Notes under the pieces: generated by a model
What the model saw: only the letters and a program-made list of their open reading frames with translations
Databases searched by the model: none
What the model was told of the DNA's origin: nothing
Shown here: positions 60,259 through 64,000 of the stretch, one piece after another
How the letters are laid out: each line of letters begins with the position of its first letter
How positions within the stretch are numbered: the stretch's first letter is position 1
Program-made: the position numbers and the translations under genes
From: Candidatus Omnitrophota bacterium
GTDB lineage: Bacteria > Omnitrophota > Gorgyraeia > Zapsychrales > Zapsychraceae
Direction: 5' to 3'
DNA length: 64,000 nt
NCBI GenBank assembly: GCA_015233495.1
Contig: JADFXQ010000005.1
Span: 3,066-67,065, forward strand

Positions 60259-60639
60259 TTAGCAGGCAATACGTTTACGCGTTTTAGAAAGGTTTTGCTT
60301 TACAGATTTGCGGGTTGGTTTGGGTGACGCGGATTCGAATTTTACGGCGATGAAAGCGAAAGCGGCGTTTTTCTTTTTTTCCACGCGGACAACACGGGCA
60401 AAACCGGTAAAAATATCCAAGACACCCGACATCACGACGTGAATCTCCAGCAAATCATCAACGCGGTATTCTCCTTCGCTGTAGAAAGACAAACCGCTGG
60501 CGCTCATATCGTGCGTGACGGAAAGCTTCCAGTTTTTATCCGGGATCGGCTGATGGCTTTCGCGCGTTCGGTATTCAATGCTAAGCACGCGTTTCGCGCG
60601 GATGAAACCGCGGCGTTCAGTTATCAAAGTTTTGACCAT
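60259..60639 (-). CDS. stand-alone PilZ domain protein
   Basis: RRGFIRAKR (RxxxR) and DMSASGLSF (DxSxGG) c-di-GMP-binding motifs. Confidence 0.65.
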   Translation of the reverse strand: MVKTLITERRGFIRAKRVLSIEYRTRESHQPIPDKNWKLSVTHDMSASGLSFYSEGEYRVDDLLEIHVVMSGVLDIFTGFARVVRVEKKKNAAFAFIAVKFESASPKPTRKSVKQNLSKTRKRIAC

Positions 60640-60701
60640 AAAAATATCCTAAGGTAAAGATAGTATAGAATATAAAAAAATTATTATTTCGTCAAGCAAT
60701 A

Positions 60702-61496
60702 TTAAGCGCTGAACCCGGGCATATTTTCAATAAAGGTCGAGCGGGAAAAACGCCCGAGATATTTCGACGCGCCGGCTTCCAAACAGGCGTCTTTAGCGTC
60801 TTTCAGTTGATTGACTAGATTAATATCGGAGATTTCTTCAGGGGAGAACTGAGTGTAGGTTAAAATTTTCATGGATTTCAGTTTGATAAAACATTGCATC
60901 GCCCGGATAATTTCTTTTGCCGGCAGATCATGAATCAGGATATCAACAATAAAAAATCGCGGGACAAGTTTTACGGCCAGGGTCAGGGCTTCCATGCCGT
61001 TAGGGGCGATGGTCACGTTAAAACCGGTGTGTTCGAGCAGCAGCGCCATTTCTTTGAGGGTGGCGCGGTCATTGCCGGCAATCAGCACTTTGGCGTCATA
61101 TTGGATTGAGCCTATTAAGGAAAGCAGGCGTTCCACTTTTTCGAGGATGTCTTTGCCTTCGGTAGGTTTGGCAATGAAATCATTGACGCCTAAGGCGCGG
61201 AAAGATTCTTGGATAACCACGCTGTCAGTGATCACAATAACCGGGATTTTGGCGGTGCGGGAATTTTTTTGTAATTCCCGGTAAAAATCCACGCCGTCCA
61301 TTACCGGCATATAGATATCGGTGATGATAAGATCGACCGGCGTGTTGGCAACAATTTTTAATCCTTCTTGCCCGTTATTTGCCGTGACTACGTCGTACCC
61401 GGCATTATCTAATTGCCGTTTGATCATGGTGACGGTGACCGGCGCATCGTCTACGAGCAGAATTTTTTTTGGCACAACCGCCTCCTTTATCCTCAA
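60702..61496 (-). CDS. response regulator with an N-terminal receiver domain and a second, degenerate receiver-like domain; no output domain
   Basis: ILLVDDAPV...[14 protein letters not shown]...KIPVIVIT is a canonical REC. The second half (KVLIAGND...[12 protein letters not shown]) is REC-like. Confidence 0.7.
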   Translation of the reverse strand: MRIKEAVVPKKILLVDDAPVTVTMIKRQLDNAGYDVVTANNGQEGLKIVANTPVDLIITDIYMPVMDGVDFYRELQKNSRTAKIPVIVITDSVVIQESFRALGVNDFIAKPTEGKDILEKVERLLSLIGSIQYDAKVLIAGNDRATLKEMALLLEHTGFNVTIAPNGMEALTLAVKLVPRFFIVDILIHDLPAKEIIRAMQCFIKLKSMKILTYTQFSPEEISDINLVNQLKDAKDACLEAGASKYLGRFSRSTFIENMPGFSA

Positions 61497-62896
61497 ACCA
61501 TGTTTTGCGGACGGATGATTTGGTCAAATTCCTCAGCCGTTATAAACCCCAGACTAACGGCTGCTTCTTTTAAAGTCAGGTTTTCCGCCGCCGCTTTTTT
61601 CACAATTTGTCCCGCGCGGTCATAGCCGATTTTTGGGTTCAAAGCTGTGGCGAGCATCAGCGAATTATGCAGATGGCGGTTTAAGACCGGCGGGTTCGCT
61701 TCTATCCCGTCGACGCAGTTAACCCGAAAACTCAAACACGCCTCGGCCAGCAGTTGAATCGACTGGAGAATATTATAAATAATGACCGGTTTATAGACAT
61801 TCAGTTCCAAATGCCCGCTGGCTCCGGCTATGCCGATGGTCACGTCATTACCCATCACTTGCGCGCAAACCATGGTCAGAGCTTCGCACTGAGTTGGGTT
61901 GACTTTTCCCGGCATAATGGAACTGCCGGGTTCATTTTCCGGCAAGAGCAATTCACCGAACCCGCAGCGCGGCCCGCTGCTTAATAAGCGGATATCATTG
62001 GCGATTTTCATCAGAGACACGGCTAGGGTTTTTAAAACGCCGCTCAACTCGACCAAACTGTCATGAGCAGCCATGGCCGCGAATTTATTTACCGCGGAAG
62101 TGAAAGGATAGCCGCTCGATTGGGCGATTTTTTCCGCGGCGATTTTCGCGAAACCTTTCGGCGCGTTTAATCCCGTTCCGACAGCGGTGCCGCCCAAAGC
62201 CAAAGGATACAACCGCGGCAACACACTTTCCAAACGGGTCAAATTTTGGGTGATTTGTTCGGCGTAAGCGGAAAATTCTTGGCCAAGCGTGATGGGCGCC
62301 GCGTCCATCAAATGGGTACGCCCGGTTTTGATTATAGATTTGAAATCCGCGGCTTTTTGTTCCAGACTGGCTTGCAAAAGCCGCAGGTTAGGGAAAAGTT
62401 TTTCCTGAATTTGAGCCACAGCCGCGACGTGCATGGCGGTGGGAAATGTATCGTTGGTGGACTGGGATTGATTCACGTCGTCATTGGGATGAATAATGAT
62501 TTGACTTCCCCGGCCCCGGGATATTTCCATCGCCCGGTTGGCAATTACTTCATTAAGGTTCATGTTGGTCTGGGTGCCGCTGCCGGTTTGCCATACGGAC
62601 AAAGGAAAATGTTCGGTCAATTTTCCGTCGATGATTTCCTGGGAGGCGCAGTTGATTAATTCGGCTTTAGCCGCCGATAAAACTCCGCACGCTTGATTGG
62701 CTAACGCGCCAGCTTGTTTTACGATCGCGTAAGAGCGGATAAAAGCGAAAGGAAAAATTTCCGAACCGATTTGAAAAAAATACCGGGAACGAGCGGTCTG
62801 CAGGCCGTAATATCGGTCCGCGGGGATGGTTATTTCTTCGAAGCTGTCATGTTCTTTGCGGTTAAGGAGGGACATGGTTTTAAAATTTTGGGTCAT
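61493..62896 (-). CDS. fumC: class II fumarate hydratase
   Basis: [16 protein letters not shown] signature. [15 protein letters not shown] is closer to FumC (GSGTQ) than to AspA. Confidence 0.8.
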   Translation of the reverse strand: MTQNFKTMSLLNRKEHDSFEEITIPADRYYGLQTARSRYFFQIGSEIFPFAFIRSYAIVKQAGALANQACGVLSAAKAELINCASQEIIDGKLTEHFPLSVWQTGSGTQTNMNLNEVIANRAMEISRGRGSQIIIHPNDDVNQSQSTNDTFPTAMHVAAVAQIQEKLFPNLRLLQASLEQKAADFKSIIKTGRTHLMDAAPITLGQEFSAYAEQITQNLTRLESVLPRLYPLALGGTAVGTGLNAPKGFAKIAAEKIAQSSGYPFTSAVNKFAAMAAHDSLVELSGVLKTLAVSLMKIANDIRLLSSGPRCGFGELLLPENEPGSSIMPGKVNPTQCEALTMVCAQVMGNDVTIGIAGASGHLELNVYKPVIIYNILQSIQLLAEACLSFRVNCVDGIEANPPVLNRHLHNSLMLATALNPKIGYDRAGQIVKKAAAENLTLKEAAVSLGFITAEEFDQIIRPQNMV

Positions 62897-64000
62897 TTGA
62901 CATTAAAAAATGGGTAAGCAACCGTACCCCGGCGCCGGTGGCGCCATAATTGAAATACAGCCTCTCCCCTGTCTCGACAAACGCGGTGCCGGCAATATCC
63001 AAATGCGCCCAGCGGATGTCTGCGCCGACAAATTGGCGCAAAAATTCCGCCGCCGTAATGGCGCCAGCCGCGCCTTTCGGGAAACCGGTATTTTTAATAT
63101 CCGCGATTTTGGATTTAACCGCTTCTTTCAACTCCGGATAATGCGGTAAACGCCACACCCGGTCATCGGTCTTATCCGCAATTTTTTGCAATGCTTCCGC
63201 GAGCGCAGAGTCAGTCGCAACCAAGCCGCTGTAATCATCGCCTAAAGCCACCCGGCAAGCGCCGGTCAAGGTGGCGATGTCAATGATGGTTTGGGGCTGA
63301 TAATTTTTGGAAATATACGCTAAGGCGTCGGCTAAAACCAGCCGGCCTTCCGCGTCGGTATTCGCCACTTCCACGGTTTTTCCCGAATAGCCGCGGATCA
63401 CGTCGCCGGGTTTATAGGCGCCGGAACCGATCGCGTTTTCCGCCATCCCGCAGACGAATAAAATATTCTTTTTTAAACGCAAGGCGAGCGTGTTTTTTAA
63501 TGCGCCCAGCACTGCGGCCGCGCCGCTCATATCTTCCCGCATGGTTTCCATACTTCCGGTGGGTTTAAGATTTAAACCGCCACTGTCAAAAGTCAGGCCT
63601 TTGCCGACTAAAGCGGTAAATTTTTCTTTTGCGTCCGCCCCTTGATAACGGACGATGATCAGTTTGGGCTCTTTGCGGCTTCCCTGGTTCACGGCTAAAT
63701 GCAGGTTGAGGCCTTGAGCGATCAACTCTTTGCGGCCGAGGATTTCTAAAGAAATATTTTTTTGGGTTTTGGTCACAGCGCGGATGGTCTTTTCAAAAAA
63801 ATCCGCGGTAATAGTGTCCGCGTTGTCATTGATCAGGTCGCGGCTGAAATTAACGTTTTCGCAGATCGTGACCGCAGTGGATAAATCCGGGTGAGCAGCA
63901 GCAGCGAAAATAAAATTTTTGTCATAAACAGTTTTATCTGCTTTGCCGCGGGTCAGGTATTTGCGCCAAGTATATCCGCCGATCAGCGCCCCTTCGAGGT
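62880..64000 (-). CDS. pepA: leucyl aminopeptidase (M17), 5' end beyond window
   Basis: [14 protein letters not shown] and [11 protein letters not shown] motifs. Manual translation upstream of the track GTG start continues with no stop to position 64000 ([19 protein letters not shown]...), matching a PepA N-terminal domain. Confidence 0.8.
   Translation of the reverse strand, partial: LEGALIGGYTWRKYLTRGKADKTVYDKNFIFAAAAHPDLSTAVTICENVNFSRDLINDNADTITADFFEKTIRAVTKTQKNISLEILGRKELIAQGLNLHLAVNQGSRKEPKLIIVRYQGADAKEKFTALVGKGLTFDSGGLNLKPTGSMETMREDMSGAAAVLGALKNTLALRLKKNILFVCGMAENAIGSGAYKPGDVIRGYSGKTVEVANTDAEGRLVLADALAYISKNYQPQTIIDIATLTGACRVALGDDYSGLVATDSALAEALQKIADKTDDRVWRLPHYPELKEAVKSKIADIKNTGFPKGAAGAITAAEFLRQFVGADIRWAHLDIAGTAFVETGERLYFNYGATGAGVRLLTHFLMSNDPKF

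Overview
This is a 64-kb chromosomal window from a moderate-GC (about 48%) bacterium, probably an uncultivated anaerobe. Nearly every gene is on the minus strand; the exceptions are rpoN, ilvBN, one flavoprotein gene and one MBL hydrolase gene. Both window edges cut genes: a GAF-domain gene at the left edge and a pepA leucyl aminopeptidase at the right edge. The ORF track reports neither, because neither has a stop codon inside the window.

Housekeeping content (left to right):
- sugar-nucleotide epimerases and a polysaccharide deacetylase
- rpoN
- a HemL-like aminotransferase
- an RNA methyltransferase
- pgl and a split transketolase
- a phospholipid block: DedA-like protein, plsC, cdsA, a CDP-alcohol phosphatidyltransferase, a membrane hexapeptide acyltransferase, an alpha/beta hydrolase, and a 1179-aa LplT-PlsC-Aas fusion
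- ilvBN
- menA and menG
- radC, trxB, bioB, thiC, aroC
- acnA-leuC-leuD
- xth
- two toxin-antitoxin pairs
- nfnAB-like oxidoreductase, a flavodoxin-like protein, fumC, pepA

Observations that stand out:
1. A family of GC-rich nested palindromic elements with the core GTGGGCGCCCG...CGCGCCAGA...GACGGGCGCCC is present in at least five copies. Four of them lie within 5 kb around the lipid genes. One 135-bp copy sits in frame inside the aas/lplT fusion gene, adding 45 residues without breaking the reading frame. A second family forms the artefactual N-terminal extension of trxB.
2. An NRAMP-family transporter has non-canonical site motifs (DAGG and APW in place of DPGN and MPH). It is in an operon with a soluble PRC-barrel/MgtE_N/CBS protein. 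I read this as a candidate Mg2+-type NRAMP-related transporter with a separately encoded MgtE-like sensor.
3. A three-part protein combines a cNMP-binding domain, a degenerate ParA-like domain and a patatin phospholipase domain.
4. A PilZ-PilT fusion ATPase stands alone, without pilus genes.
5. tRNA-Lys(CUU) lies next to a frameshifted tyrosine integrase, a DUF4160/DUF2442 pair, and a MarR gene. The MarR gene is bracketed by two copies of the operator-like palindrome TAGTTGA-N4-TCAACTA, and a 49-aa lipoprotein gene sits just downstream.
6. A 622-aa flavoprotein has an NMO/FabK/PfaD-like fold and a Cys-rich C-terminal extension.
7. A large secreted protein is split by a frameshift.

No CRISPR array or rRNA gene was seen. 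ORF-track coordinates are used as given, including the stop codon. Start codons were adjusted where the N-terminal extension is visibly repeat-, tRNA- or neighbour-derived.
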